From assembly GCF_006345805.1 (NCBI RefSeq), contig NC_043000.1, positions 136,958,001-137,022,000 on the forward strand: a stretch of DNA of 64,000 nucleotides, read 5' to 3'. The stretch comes from Octopus sinensis. Taxonomy: Eukaryota. The position numbers and the translations under genes were made by a program. How positions within the stretch are numbered: position 1 is the first letter of the stretch; every line of letters starts with the position of its first letter. The notes under the pieces were generated by a model. That model was not told where the DNA came from. It was given only the letters and a program-made list of their open reading frames with translations, and did not search any database. This document shows, one piece after another, positions 62,957-64,000 of the stretch.

Positions 62957-64000
62957 GATATAGGTGAGGGAAAATGTGTATCAAATGAAATAATCATATT
63001 GTTGTATGAGCTGCAAAGATGTGGAGTGATATATCTTGTTTGAAAACAAAGATTAGCATCAGAAAAGGTATCTGATTGTAAAATATAGCTTTAAGAAGAT
63101 TCATCCAACCCATGCTAGCATGAAAAAAGTGGATGTAAAAGTGATAATGATTAAAATCAAGATTAATATTATTAAAGCTTTGATTTTACAATATGATTTT
63201 ATAGGATTCGGCAAAATGCTCTAGGATTATTCAGAGAGAAAAATATGAAGTTATCATCATCATCATTGTTGTTAATTTTATTATTATTGTCATTAGTATT
63301 TTTTTTTTTATATAAAATCATTTAATCATTTCTCAAGTCATCCAAGCAATGAGGGTTTTGGGAGACTGATATTATTGTGTGTGTGACTAGAAAACACTTT
63401 GAAAAACTGGAACTTCTTAAAACAATTTACAGATAGTTTTTGAGAGAAGTTGCAATGTAAAAATTTGGGGTTTTCTCCCATCAAAATCTATAATAAAACA
63501 TATTTCTGACTTTATGCAAAATATAATTTATGAATGAATTTACTTTTAAGAATGTTTTCCAAACATAATTCATGTATTATACATAAGTATAATCACTTAT
63601 ATAGTTGTTGAAGATAGTCTTAAATGTTTATCTTTACAAGCTTCATTTCCACTCAATTCTCAGTTATTGCCACCTTAGTCTACATGCAGCCAGAAAACAT
63701 TTGATGTCTCTATTCTCCCATTATACAAATTGGTCTGTTACTCTTGAAAACTTAGATGAAAGTACATACGTTGCTTTTCACATGAATTCAAACATTTAAC
63801 CATAACTACCATGAAAAACTTGTAGCAAAGCTGTCTACCTACAGACTTTAATCTTTCTCATGTTTTGTATTTGGGCTTTCTTTTCACATTGTTTCATTAC
63901 TCTGGTCCTTGTTCTTTTAACCAAAATTACAATTTCTATACATCTTGGGTATAGCAACAACTGTTTGCTGTTACCTTCAACTATCCAAACTTCTGTGCAT

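Noticed and set aside
4921-62997. Recurrent similar ORFs such as MSSNARGTNTDTQ...EDTCPRCHAVGLNPEPCGW that look like a gene family
   Set aside because: All lie within SINE family B copies, and the frames shift with microsatellite length.

Overview
This is AT-rich eukaryotic (animal) DNA packed with microsatellites and repeats, not prokaryotic sequence. The tRNA-derived SINE families and the (TA)n/(CA)n landscape resemble an octopod cephalopod genome (inference from pattern recognition, not a database result). No intact protein-coding gene can be supported, and nearly all tracked ORFs are translations of microsatellites or SINEs. Recognisable content: at least four SINE families (some with target-site duplications, one forming fixed-junction dimers and trimers), decayed LINE fragments (CR1-like, RTE-like, R4/Dong-like), a Tc1/mariner transposase pseudogene, several MITEs, non-autonomous Helitrons, minisatellites, an apparently exact 1349-bp tandem duplication, and a compact Pol II promoter-like cluster at about 30.3-30.5 kb. 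The most striking signal is a set of unrelated short elements sitting inside (TA)n tracts that carry minimal type I hammerhead ribozyme motifs with canonical and variant cores (CUGAAGA, UUGAAAA, CCGANGA, probably GUGAACA). They have the tandem or inverted architecture of Penelope-like elements and retrozymes. The best case is a 361-bp-unit array at 33606-34693 with hammerheads on both strands. Coordinates were counted by eye and may be off by a few bases.
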